A DNA stretch of 64,000 nucleotides. Origin: Hyphochytrium catenoides (lineage: Eukaryota > Protista > Hyphochytriomycota). Location: the NCBI GenBank assembly GCA_900088475.1, contig FLMG01004723.1, positions 53,969 through 117,968 of the forward strand, written 5' to 3'. The position numbers and the translations under genes are program-made. How positions within the stretch are numbered: position 1 is the first letter of the stretch; every line of letters begins with the position of its first letter. The notes below the pieces were generated by a model. That model searched no databases. It was not told the origin of the DNA and saw only the letters and a list, made by a program, of their open reading frames with translations. Below, one piece after another: positions 15,001 through 26,494 of this stretch.

Positions 15001-18000
15001 TTTCGCTTCGTTGAGCTCCTGAATAAGTTGATTTTGTTTGAACAACCTGCACCTCATACTCTGTAGTTACTGTCTGGGTTTCCACAACTTGGATAGTGGA
15101 AAGTGACGTGCACAGAATGTCAATGGATAACACCTTATCCGACGGCATCGACTCAAAGAGCTCTACGCGGTAGCTGTCGATGGGTTGATTGCTATGCTCA
15201 GTACCTCCATCGATGACAGCGACCCTAACAGTAGACGCATCAATGTTTTCGATAGCGACGTTCAAAGGCGCCTGCGGGGGTTCTGTAACAGGAGAACTCA
15301 TTTAGCGAATCCTGTATGTCTGACCAAGAGCTAAGACTACGTACGTGGATATGGGATTCCATAAAGAGACTTCACCATTCTGTACTGCCCGGTCCCTACA
15401 AGGTTGGCGGCTCCCACTCGAATGAAGTATTTGATGCCTTGGTCCAATCCGGTGATGACGTAGGAGAGCTGGTTCGGGTCATCAACAAACACTGATCCAA
15501 TAGGAACTCCTGGGTTAGAGGTGCGTCAGTACTCAATATGCAAGCACCTAAACTACGTGGTGTCAAAAACTCACCAAGCGCCGGATCGAAAGTGTTAAAA
15601 GCTGGGAGGACCCCGGGCCTGACTTTCCAGGACGACGCGGTGGGTACGGTTCCGGTAAGCGACTTTGTGTCTAGGTTCAGTGGCGGCTGCTCTCCTAGAA
15701 GCGAATGAAACGTAATAAACCACGTGAATCCACCACTTGGATCGGAGATTTCCCGAGTCACGCTCACAGATCCCATGGAAGGCAAAGCCTCTAGCGCCCT
15801 TTCGAGCTCGACAGCCTCAATATCTGTAGGAAGGTACGAAGTGCGCTGCCCGCTGAATTCTACCGCAAATTCCCCACCAAGAGATATGCTGTCCCCAGAC
15901 GTTGACGTGGCAACATAAAGGGAGGTACTTTCCGATCCGCTAGTATAACTGCTGCTTGCAGAAAGGCTTCCCTTTACAGTCCCTTTCATACCCACCTTCG
16001 ATACCATTTGATCAAGCAAAATGGTAGTACCATCGCTCGCGAACTTGGTAGCAGTATCAAAGGTAACCAGCCACCGACATGTTCCAAGTACATTGTCTAA
16101 TACTTCGGTATTGACAGTCACTTTTCCCGCTATCTTCAACTTCTCAAGCTCAACCCTGATAGCGTTGACACTGCCATCTACACAGATGGCTGGATCTGGG
16201 CACACAGAGACTGTATCATAGCCAATTGTGACTGCCTGGCTGGGAGTAGTGCCTGTCGCAGAAAGAACGCGCATAGCCTCCACGTCGCCATCTAGAGCGT
16301 TGAAGGTGACCATCACTTCACACGTCATCAGAGAGTAGGGGGTATCGTGGGATACAGCGACGTCTCCGACGCCTCGCAAAGAAGAGAGGGCTGCCCCAAC
16401 CTCATTAGCCAGAGCTCCACAGTTCCCGGAAGGATTAGCAAATATACTCCCAGTCACTTGCCCAAGAAAAGCGATGCGAAAGGACGTTCCTGGGCTGATA
16501 CCGTTACTATTTACAGTACTGGTTTTGATTGTCTGCACCTCACGGGTACCGAAACAACTTCCCCCTTCGGGATTGAGCGGGATCTCTCCAGTCTCGATAC
16601 CCGAGAGAGAGAGCGTGAACACCAAGGTGTCAACAATTGGTGAGACACCAGAGATGACTTGAGATTGTATCACTTGCACCTCCTTCCTGGTTCCTGAACG
16701 ATTCTTGAGGATTGTTATGTGTGCTTGCCCATTGGCAACAGAAAGTGAGTTATGGTAGCCGATCAGTGCCAAAGGGCCACTTTCAGTCTCAGATGTAAAG
16801 TGGATATCCCATGAGAAGCCGCCTTGTAGATCTGGCCCTTGGCGGTTAACTGTCACCCGCCCTTCAATTGTTGACAGAGCTTCAAGGGCGGCTTTGAGGC
16901 CGTTCTCGCTGATATCGTAGGGCAAGGAACCGGTGGTGTCGGTCAGCGCACCCTTGGAGTAACTAAGAGCAAAAGTGCCAGAAATGGAGTTTCCATCTAC
17001 CAGCGTTCTCACTTCTATACTAGCCTTTTGGCTACCACTTGAAGTCCTAAGGACGGTAGAAGGCGCCACTGCCAACAGCGGCATGTCTCCTGCGTTTCCG
17101 GGCCCCAGGAAGGTGATGGTCCAGGCGTATCCTCTTTCGTTGTCAGGCCCTGATCTAAGCACGTCTACCCTATCAACAGTTGAGAGCTCCTCCAGCGCCC
17201 TTCTTAAGGTATCTGACGACGCATCACTGGGTAAGCTTGTAGTCGAGTGTCCCTCAAAGGTTAATGCAAAGAAGCCAGAAATAACGTTTCCATCTTGGAG
17301 AGTCGAAATCTCCACGTTGGCTCCTACGCCGAGGAGAGCACTGCTTCCCACTTCCATCTGGGGTACGTCTCCCATAGAGGAGGGAAACGTAATCGTCCAG
17401 CTATATCCTCCCTTAGCGTTGCCGGCACCCCCAGAAACAGTAATTCCAGGGTTTATATTATGCATCGCTTGAAGGATGGATGTCACTGAATCACGTTGAG
17501 CACCTGCGGCAGGCGCGTTGTAGGCAATAGTGCCTGATGTCTGTCTACTACCTCCATTTGCTGTCGTGTCCACAGTCAAAGAAAAGTATCCTCCTAGAAC
17601 TTCTCCAGGAGCGACCGCTGTTGACACGATCTGGACTTCTTGAATTTTCTCGGCTGACGTCGTGATGACTTGGACCTCACCCACAGGGTCTGCTGAAGTT
17701 GTGAGTGTTTGTATTTCGTTCGGCCCCAAATTGACAGAAGTCCTGATAGCTTGGACCTCTTGAACGCCAGGATCGGGGTCCCATTCAATCTGCGACAAAG
17801 GATGCGCTAAGCTTTATGCCATAAATTTGTCAATCATAAATCTACCTTGTATCCCCTAATACGACTGCCTCCATCACTTCGTGGAGGTGAATATTGAACT
17901 AGCAGGGAAGAATGAGATAAGGGAGTTACAGCCGCTACTACTGGGGCGTCCGGTACAGAAGGGCCTATGGCAAAATGTTGTTACTGAGAACAATGCCAGC

Positions 18001-18108
18001 AATTTACGTTATGACTGCTAACCACGCGGAGCACGTACCTGACCCTGCTACTACTGGAGCCAGCAGCAGCACTCTTGCTAGCCATACCAGGCAGAACATA
18101 GTTGTCAT
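1..18108 (-). CDS. Giant secreted multidomain protein (signal peptide, Fn3, filamin/ABP280-type Ig repeats, 3 PA14 domains, many EVQ...WxVTF repeats); >5,950 aa, 3' end outside window
   Basis: Exons 18108-18039 (MTTMFCLVWLARVLLLAPVVAGS, signal-peptide-like), 17964-17846, 17789-15575, 15509-15345, 15282-<1; GT-AG introns of 74, 56, 65, 62 nt with consistent phases. The frame at 15280 (PPQAPLNV) is the same frame that reads YVWTVEF near position 110, and the ORF track lists no terminated ORF in that frame. Fn3 motifs (PPxxDGGSxIxGY; YVITGLDQGIKYFIRVGAAN), filamin motifs (TAFGSGLNEAIAGEKASFTIQAKDKFGN), PA14 motifs (GGLNGFYFNN...FISVRWTGY...DDGARLWVD). Confidence 0.93.
1600..2055 (-). other. PA14 domain within the giant protein
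   Basis: GGLNGFYFNNRWLYGDAVMERVDAEIDFSW...DFISVRWTGYVKPPFTENFTFTVEYDDGARLWVDNVLLID; boundaries approximate. Confidence 0.85.
5570..6075 (-). other. PA14 domain (divergent) within the giant protein
   Basis: GGLLGNLFRNTNF...SLRWDEGSP...YFSLRLTGRIRVPRSDLYTF...DHVRLTVAGHIVLD; boundaries approximate. Confidence 0.75.
9430..9875 (-). other. PA14 domain within the giant protein
   Basis: GGLTATLFNNQWFTGDPVEERVDPSIDFQWGNG...DFVSVRWDGKLLAPTTETYTLYVLTDGAVRLWIDHNLLLD; boundaries approximate. Confidence 0.85.
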
Positions 18109-18199
18109 GGCTCTTTCGGGTACGTCAGCCGGACAACCATTAACAAAAGAGATTCAAAGGAAAGCTGATTGATAGACCTACCTAAAGTACCCGCTCTGA

Positions 18200-19870
18200 C
18201 TCCTGGTCTACGGAACGTAAATTGCTGTCATGGGTTTATGGCCTTTCTCTGGCTACCCTCTTGAAGAAAGAATACACCGGCTTCCACGGGGTAGACCTCA
18301 AAGCAAGAAGAGTCAGGCAGGATTAGTTTATTGCTGGTCTCAGCAGCCTAGTCTTCGGAAAGACCAAGTGCAAAGAGTGACTGCACGTCTTAGCTCACTT
18401 TGGAGATAACCCTACTTGCAGTTTCAGCCAATGCCAACTCTTCCAGTTGATGTCAGACAAATCTCAGTACCTCATAGTAACATTCGCTGTCCAGCTGAAG
18501 TTGAGCTTCCCTCCGACGAAAGATTCAAACTCATCCATGGCCCAAGGGTTGCAAACATGGCTTCGACGCTTGGGCCCCTCCGTAGTTCAAACTCTTAACA
18601 CTGTTTCCTAAGTCAAGTACCGTTTTGTGGTGGCCAATTATGATTCCATCAATTGTTCCTTGAAGATGATCTTGGAAGTCGTGTGGTGTAACCTTTCGTA
18701 AAACAGTTGTGTCAAATGAATGAATCCCGAATAAAGGATACAAAAAAAGGGTTTCCTCTGAAATGCAACTCGTCGTATTTGGGATACCTTTGATTCGCTT
18801 CCTCCACAAAGCACCAGGATGGGCCTCCCGAGACCTCACGTGTCATCCCTGAACTGTGTATCTTTAGTGTATCTTTCCTCTTCCTTTCCTTGCTTCGCAA
18901 CTAGATATTCAGAGCACAACCTTCCTCCCCACGCCCTCTCTTGCCACCTGGCGTTGAACAGTACCTAGCAGTCGACTCACCATCATCACATTACCCAGTG
19001 CCGTCGCCACTCCATAGAGAATAGCGGGGGTACTCGCAGTCAGGCTCCTTGTCGGCATTCGCCGGCTATCCGGAGGAGTACCTCTGAGGTCTCCACCAAA
19101 GGAGAAGCAAACATCATCAACAACTTACTCCAGCGCTGATGGTCAGAAACTGTAAGCCACAGACGAGAGTCCCACAACCCTATAACAGGGCGGCCAGACA
19201 GAGCGATCGAGCTAACGACGACCCGCACATCATTCTTAACATTGTCGCTCTTCTGATTTGAGTGGTAACTTAGGATCGTTAAATGTATCTCTTCGTGGCA
19301 AGGTTTCTGACGGTGTATAAAAGTCGAGTAGGAGAATATTGACTGACCCTTTTGCAGATATCAGACTACCATCGCGGAGGTTCATGACAGCCGGGAGAGT
19401 AGAGCACATATATCGTGAAGAGGCAGGAGCAAAGAGAGAGTGGTCTCACCTTTTCGTGGCAAATACTTCCAAGTGGTGCGTTGAGGTGCATAGAAATTTG
19501 TAGAGGACCTCCCGAATTGGGGTCGGACGGCATAGCTGAATGGCTGAACCCTTCTAAGTATTTATGTGGTGACGCTAGTGGAGCTACTCCGAGCTGTGAC
19601 CGCTAGAAAGAGCGATGCAAGAACCTTTTTACCAGGCGGTAGGATAAGAGATAATTCATGACCAGGGAGAACTTTATGTATGAAGCTTGCCGACTCCTGG
19701 TGAGAATTCAACCCGGACCCTTCTTGGAAAAAAGCTAGGTAGTAGAATTCTTCTTCGGTACATCTCTGCAGAATAGATAAGGAGTATATACTCCGCTTAC
19801 ACCGCCTTGCCTCCCGAACCGCTTGCTGCCAGATGTCGTTACGCCACGTGATAGCCAGCGTAGCCCGCAA
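18200..19870 (-). pseudogene. Possible decayed, unidentified gene remnant
   Basis: Protein-like minus-strand stretches broken by stops and a probable frameshift at the A7 run (~18742), plus splice-like signals (GTGAGT donor ~18980, TAG acceptor ~18901); no family recognised. Confidence 0.2.
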
Positions 19871-19902
19871 GGGGTATTTTAGTTTATGTTGTCACAGCCT
19901 CC

Positions 19903-20284
19903 TTAATCTGTCTTTTCGGGTAGCTTGCTGCGGTTATCTGACATGTTCATGGCCGAATGATTTGCCTTCGCGAGCTCATAGTAAAACCTATCGCAATATA
20001 GTTGAGCACTTGTTATGTGTATGATGGGAGTGAGATCAAGAATCAAAACGCGAAGGCGGCCACATCCTGTGTAAAGCTTACCAGTTAATACTGCCCATAA
20101 GTCCAATAGATAGAAAAAGAAATACGTAGACATGTATTGAAGTTTCTAGGTCTGCGAGGTACATGGCCACGATGGTTATTATAAGCAAGATCAGGGTGTA
20201 GTTGATGCACTTAATGAGCAACGGGCTCGTGTGGCCCGGCTGGAGAATGGCTTTGCAAAGCCGTATAGCTGCACTTTCTGCCAT
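19903..20284 (-). CDS. PKR1: Pkr1-like ER membrane protein (V-ATPase assembly factor family), 95 aa
   Basis: Exons 20284-20082 and 19987-19903 (94-nt GT-AG intron): MAESAAIRLCKAILQPGHTSPLLIKCINYTLILLIITIVAMYLADLETSIHVYVFLFLSIGLMGSINWFYYELAK... matches the recalled Pkr1 pattern (xxPG.T.P.L...TM...IH...TM...SINWF..EL). Confidence 0.75.
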
Positions 20285-21019
20285 AGTCTGGTTTCTGTAG
20301 TACCACTCTTCCAAAGCTGAAGATGTACGGCTGGAGCCTTGACGTGGCCGCCAAGAAGCTTTAAATGGCAAGGAAAGTATAGAATGCTCTCAGTAACGCT
20401 TGCTGTGCAGTAAGCAGTACAAGCTTTCAGACCTATCAAAGGCCGTCTGGGTTTCTGGATCGTCTCATCTCTCATCATCACATCAGAAGAAAGAGGCTGT
20501 CCCAACTCCCCACTGCACCAAGGAAGGGAAGTTGGCATGATCCTCATTTTCTCGTTGACATCGAACATCGGTGTTTCTGGTTACTTTCTACCACAATTCA
20601 GAGATTATCGATAGCTCGCCATCAATCACTACTCGTACAATGTTACAGCATCTGGAACCTGTTGCTAAACTAAAGGCCTAGGAAATGCAGGAACAAAGAA
20701 AGCACCAACCTTCAGAAGAGGGGCTACAGTACTCTTGATGCCCCCACAAAGTCGCTTGCTGCCCTAGCTAGAATTCTACAAGCTCCGGCAGCAGAAGACG
20801 CCCACAACGATTAGACTGAGACCTCCTGTCAGTCCTTGTGTTATGATGAGAGTATGACGCTAACGCTTCTGAGAGCTTAGATTGCTTTGCTGCCTTGTCA
20901 CTTGCCAGTGACCTGTGAACCACCATATTAGAAGAGACATACCAGTAGTGCAAATAGATCTTCCGAAGCGGACGGGGACGCTATATCGTAAGGGAGGAGC
21001 GCTTCAACATTCAAGCAAT

Positions 21020-22559
21020 ATGGCGCCAGCGAAAGGTATAGATTCAATACTATTGCCCAGGGTTGGTGGAGTCCTGGATCTGATGCTTCTCTTCTGTGCT
21101 GCTTCCAGCCGGCAGGATGATTGGCCATGGGACAGAGGTAAGTCTGCATTGTCGCCCTGCGATCTCTCTGTAGAGCTGATAATGATGTACGTGCCATTGT
21201 TTTTTGCCGTTGAAGGACTTTGGCCGCAACTTGTTAGTCTTCGGCATCCTTGCTACCGCCGCCTTTGCTGGTGTTGCCTATTTCTTCTCCGTCGCACCGC
21301 AGCCAAAGGGGTAAGCAAGTATTGCCCGAGCTTGTATATAACCACGAGCTCTCGAGCGCTTGATTCCATTGGCTGACTCCTTTCGCGAGCATGCTCTAAC
21401 CCTTCTTCCCCTCCTTCCGCTATTATCTGTCACCACAGCCAGGAATGCGATGACGTGTCCTTAGCGTTTGTGATTAGGGGGGTGCTTCCCAAGTTTATAG
21501 GTGGTCGTGATGACCGCATGGGCACAGTGAAGAGTCTGTGGACGTGCGCAACCGCATATCAGAAGGATAACTCTACGGCGGCTCTCATTGCCTACTGCTT
21601 AGTCTACATCACGCTCCAAACATTCGCGATTCCAGGCCCCATCGTTCTTAGCATTCTCTCAGGGGCGCTCTATCCCTTTGTGGGCGCTAATCTCTTAGTG
21701 GCTTTCTGTGCCACCACTGGCGCTTCGCTCTGCTTTGGTCTCTCCTACCTGTTAGGGCGGGGGATACTATATAAGCTAATGCCGGCACAGATAGAGAGGT
21801 TTAGAACGAATGTACGTCCTGACTGTTCCTTTTGCGCTCTCCCCTTAACTTGGAGTGAGCCGTCGGGCCGCGGGGCGCCAAGCGCATTGTACCCCCACTC
21901 TTTCTTTATTTGAGTTTCCCCTCTTGTGCTTCCGGGATTCCTTACCTTACTCGACATGGATAAACAACACGCGGTTTGGCTTCTGCTTTCATGTTCTTCC
22001 TTCTTCTTGGGGTTCTCTGCTACTACTCATATTCCCATTACCTCAGGTAAACCACTCTCAATTCTTGACGCATGTGGCTTCTCATGCTATTTCGCTAACT
22101 GATCGTCAAAAAGTGCGAATGCCCGCAAGATGACTAACGTCGATTCATTTCCTTTACAGATTCAAAGCAACCGCTCAAACCTCTTTTACTATATCTTATT
22201 CTTGAGGATAACTCCTTTGTTGCCCAACTGGTTCGTCAACATAGCCTCTCCGGTTGTGGGTGTGCCGTTCCATCTCTTCTTCTTGGGTACATTACTCGGT
22301 AAGTACCGAGCACATGAAATAGATGTCGTCTAGGCCTGTCTGATGCCTTCTCATCTCAGGGTTGATGCCCGCAAACTTCCTTCATATTTCAACTGGAGCG
22401 ACTCTGCATAGTGCTACGGAAACTAGCGGAACAAGCAACGCCATCAACTTTGCTATTCTCTTTGCACTACAATTTGTAGCCTTGCTTCCCACTCTATTCA
22501 AAAAGAGGTTGGCTCAACTTGAAGAACAGAAGTTTGCTGCTAAGAGCAAGAAGGAGTAG
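21020..22559 (+). CDS. TMEM41B: TMEM41B/stasimon-like VTT (DedA, SNARE-associated) domain membrane protein
   Basis: Motifs YITLQTFAIPGPIVLSILSGALYP and FLRITPLLPNWFVNIASPVVGVP, lysine-rich C-terminus (AKSKKE), spliced; 5' exons (MAPAK/AGRMIGHGTE/DFGRNLL) tentative. Confidence 0.88.
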
Positions 22560-22686
22560 CTTCTCCTTGTTGCTCAATATTTGGCCCATCGAGGCTGAGA
22601 GATGCTAGATCTCTTGACTGTAGATGAAGTCAACTGACAATATGTCGGGTTTATGTCCTCTTCCTCTAATGCAAATGGCGGTATGA

Positions 22687-25602
22687 CTACTCGTCCATAT
22701 ATCCAGAGAGCGCATCTACGAACCCTACATCATCCTCCGCTAAGAAGAATTGTTGCTGCATTTGGACAGGCAGATTGGTCACTTTGATGAAGAATTCAGA
22801 CAAACGGCGTTGCAGTTCGTCACGTTCCTGGTGGAGATGGGGAGGAGGAATTGGCACAATTAGGCTCTCCTGGTGGCTGAAGCTTGCCATCACTAGTACT
22901 TAGAGGGTTACCTCACTTAGCGTCTTCACTTGGGAGGAATACCTACTTAATTCTTTCTGTGTACGAGGTGAAGCAAAGTATAGGGGAAGTGCTGAGCGTC
23001 ACCAGATTCGTCGATGTTAAGATTATAAAAGGCCACCTGATGAACAGCCTGGAGCTCCATCGTTGATTCCTTGTAACGATGCGACTGGACCTCGAAATCA
23101 GTCTCTCTGGCTTCAAGGCGGGCGATGAGGGTAATGAGCCTTTCCTCCAATTCTTGAGATATTGCTCGTTCTCCCTGCAAAGCTTCATTGAGCGCTTGCC
23201 AACGGTCGTTCATCTCTTTAACGCGGTGCTCTGCTGCTTGACTCCTGAAGAAAAGGAGGAGATAAGTCACTTCTTCCGATCGCAATAGAACAGGACAAGG
23301 TCTCTTTGTTCGAATTGCTTGATCCTGTCGCCGTAACGCTTACCGTTCTATTAAAGTCCTTCGCTCTTGCTCGCTATGCTCTAATCGGCCTCGATAGTCC
23401 TCTATTTCCTTCCTGAGGCTTCGAATCTCCGCCGTGCTAGCCTTCATCCTGCTCTGCGCAACCTCACTAAGCCGCTTGAAGGTCAGCTTTTCATGCTCCA
23501 CCGTTTCCCTCAAGCGGCCCTGCTCTTGCTCCAATTCCTTGGCGAGGTTCTCTCTCTTCCTGTCCCATTTTTCTCTTTCCTGCAAAATTGCCTCTTCCAG
23601 CTTCTCCTCTTTCAGCCTGTCATAGCATTTCTCTTCGAAGATCTGAAAGAGCTCAAAGATTTCATTACAGAGGCATTCCAGAAGAACTTGTTCGGCTTGT
23701 GGGCCAGCAGCACGCCTCCTGTAGGCATGACAGAAGTCATCCAGATCTTGCTTGAATTCTCTGAGGCTACGAATCTGACCGTTTTGCGCCTTATGTCGAA
23801 GATCTAGTAGCAGCTCGACTCGCACCTGCATGCACCAGTCCCTCGAGCGCATTCTGCAGCCAGGCAAACAGTGCGAAGGATGACGTAGGGACGTTGATTA
23901 GATGGGAAGGCTGCGGCTGAAAGGACGACTTATAGGAGAAGCGAGTTGAAAAGGAGAGTGAACACTACGAGGATATCCTAAAAGAGGTGTCTTCGCTAAA
24001 GATGCTCATTCTGGGAATATACCTTAGTGCTTCGAAAGCTCGCTGTCTTTCCTCTGCGATCAGCTTCTTAAGCTTTCTTCGAGCTCCTTTGATAGCCTTT
24101 CCGGTATCCTTGCCATGGGCAGGACCACTGAGCATATCCAGCGCTATGTCTCTATTCTGCTTATCGTGAATCTCGAATTCGTCTATAGAAAGTGGCGGAC
24201 CTTCTTGGATCGCATCCCGTATCAAAGAGGTATACAGGGCCAGCCCTTCTCTTGACGAAGGAGCATATCGTTCTTCTTCTAGCTTCTCACAAGCACCGAA
24301 AAGATCGGGAGTGATACCCTGCGCTAGTTGGGGAAGAAGAAGAGGCAGAAGAGCGCCGAGAGAGCTGCCATCAAAGACTATCCCTTCAAAGACTTTTGGT
24401 GGCGAGTCCATTAATCTCTGCAAAAAATGAGCTCTGAATATAGAACCTTCCAGGGGCTCGTTGTCGACCGCGGCATCGTACTGAACGCTGGACAGGACTT
24501 TCTTGACAGTGTTCTTTAGTCTCAGATCAGCAACTTTAAAGTCATCTACTTCTGATACTATTGCTTCTTCCTTCAAGGCATTCTGCAAGTAGTCCTTGGC
24601 TTCATTCTGGTCACCAGAGGGCAAAAAGAGATTGTAGAAGAACCATGACATTCTAGGAAGAAGGTTGTCGAGAGCAGCCGCGGACTGAAGAGCGGTAGGA
24701 GTCGAAGATCCATCGACTGCATCAGAAGAAATGTCAGCGAAGGTTTTCGGTAGACACGTCAGTCCTAGAAAAGTGGACTGTTTCACCGCGCCATTGTGGA
24801 AGTAGAAGAAATGGGAACAGAGCAGAAAGCTCAAGACTAGCAGCTGCATGTCTTCAGGTTCCCCTACGGCGCCTTCTGGTCTATGGTGGTCGATCACTAT
24901 TGCTGAGCTTCCTAGGTGATGCGACGGTAGGAAAGCATGACAGTCAGGCAGGATGAAACATGACATTAGGGAGTGCAAGACCAAAGTAACGTTGGTAGCG
25001 CTTTTTACTAAAGGATGACACTTCTCACGATCTTGTCCTCGTTCTTCTTCTTCTACAGCTCTCGCTTCCTCGACCCTCCTTCCTCTTCTCAAAAAGGTTT
25101 GACGTCTTACCTGAGTTACCCAGGGCTGTTTCTCCCCACAGCCACAGACCCGGCTCCTGTCCGCCGGCAAGTTGCTCGTAGTACTTCTCTATACTAAAAA
25201 GTTTTTGAAGAAAAGCTGACTTCTCAAGTGACGAGCTCTTCCCACTAATGACGACAGGAATGGTGCCAGGCAGAGCTGCGAGGGCACTGAGGCGAAAGAG
25301 AAAGGTTATAAAGGGAGGACGGAGACATGGCGGGGAGTGCTTATCAAAAACTACGTAGCGGTAGAGAGAACAGAGAACGCAGAGCAAACTAAAGGCTACT
25401 ACAGCCATCCACGCAGGTAGACAGGTTATGAGGCAGGAAGAAAACAAACCCGCAGTGGCCGGCAGGCAAAGGAGCAAAGCAGGGAGACAGCGAAAGAGCT
25501 GAAGAAGGGACTTTGTGATCGGACGTACCCGAGCCCCTCCGGATGCACCTGCAGCCCTTCCCCTCTTCGTCCTGTCACAAGGGGAACTGGGAACTCGAAC
25601 AT
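22687..25602 (-). CDS. Guanylate-binding protein (GBP/atlastin-like) family protein with degenerate GTPase motifs and coiled-coil C-terminus
   Basis: MFEFPVPLVTGRRGEGLQVHPEGL...TIPVVISGKSSSLEKSAFLQKLF...PGLWLW...AIVIDHHRPEG...LLVLSFLLCSHFFYFHNGAV parallels the GBP N-domain; helical domain (FCHAYRRRAAGPQAEQVL) then long coiled coil; multi-exon. Confidence 0.72.
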
Positions 25603-26494
25603 CGTTCAGCGTGCTTTCTTATTTTATGAGAGCGCGATCATGATAACATTCTCAGAGACTTTCGTCGAAGTCCTTGTTCGTCCTCCGTCCATCCTGCCTT
25701 CTGCCTTCCCCTCTAAATTTTCTCTGACCTCATACTCCGAAGCGAAGAGGACCCACCGCGTGTCATCCACCCGAGTCGGTTTGGTCCCCTATTTCATCTC
25801 TCATCTCTCCCTCCACTGCCTCTTTTGGAGTCGCCCGGTTTTCACCTTCTCGTTTCTTACGCTCTTCTCCTTGGATGTTTTACCTCTCTCTTCATGCCCA
25901 GAGCATGGGCTCCATCGTCCTAGATGGGTGAGAACTGTGCCGATGGCGAGGCGCCAACAGAGACGTGCCTTTCCATTGAAAAATCCTAGCAAATCAATAG
26001 TAATCTCTTCCTTTCTGCTGAAAAGCAGCTCTTTCTCCTCCAATCTGTCTATTCACTTGTCACAATCTACAAAGAAGGATTGCGCCATCTAGTGTATTCT
26101 CTGTCTATTCTCTGTTTTGTCGTTTTGTGAATTGGGTGAAGTGGTGAAGTGCTGTTCTTGCTTTTGCTTGCTTCAAAAACAAACCTTCTGGCCAAAGTCA
26201 GCAAACCCATTCCTAGGAATCTTCTGAAGGGGCAGAGTAAGTAGGTCATTTGACGACCAGCCGCTGTCCTTCGAGAGCCAGTGCTACGACAAAGAGAAAG
26301 GCCGAAAAGAGGGAGAGAAAGGGAGAACTGTGGCGCAGAGCGAGAGACGCACGGATAGAGAGCAGAAGGTTTTAGGGGCAAAGGGATTGAGTCAAAAGAA
26401 GGAAAGCACGGCGGCCCTTTGACTGATATATTAAGCCACCGAACCGGGAAGCGAGAGCAAGGAAGAGGATAGGAAGCCTTGTTGTACCCTTGAG

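Noticed and set aside
1-15300. Alternative genetic code as the reason no long ORF is listed here
   Set aside because: The frame simply has no stop before the window edge; neighbouring genes terminate at TAG, TAA and TGA normally.
598-17788. Many short ORF-track entries overlapping the giant gene
   Set aside because: Antisense or off-frame shadows of the giant CDS with no recognisable motifs.
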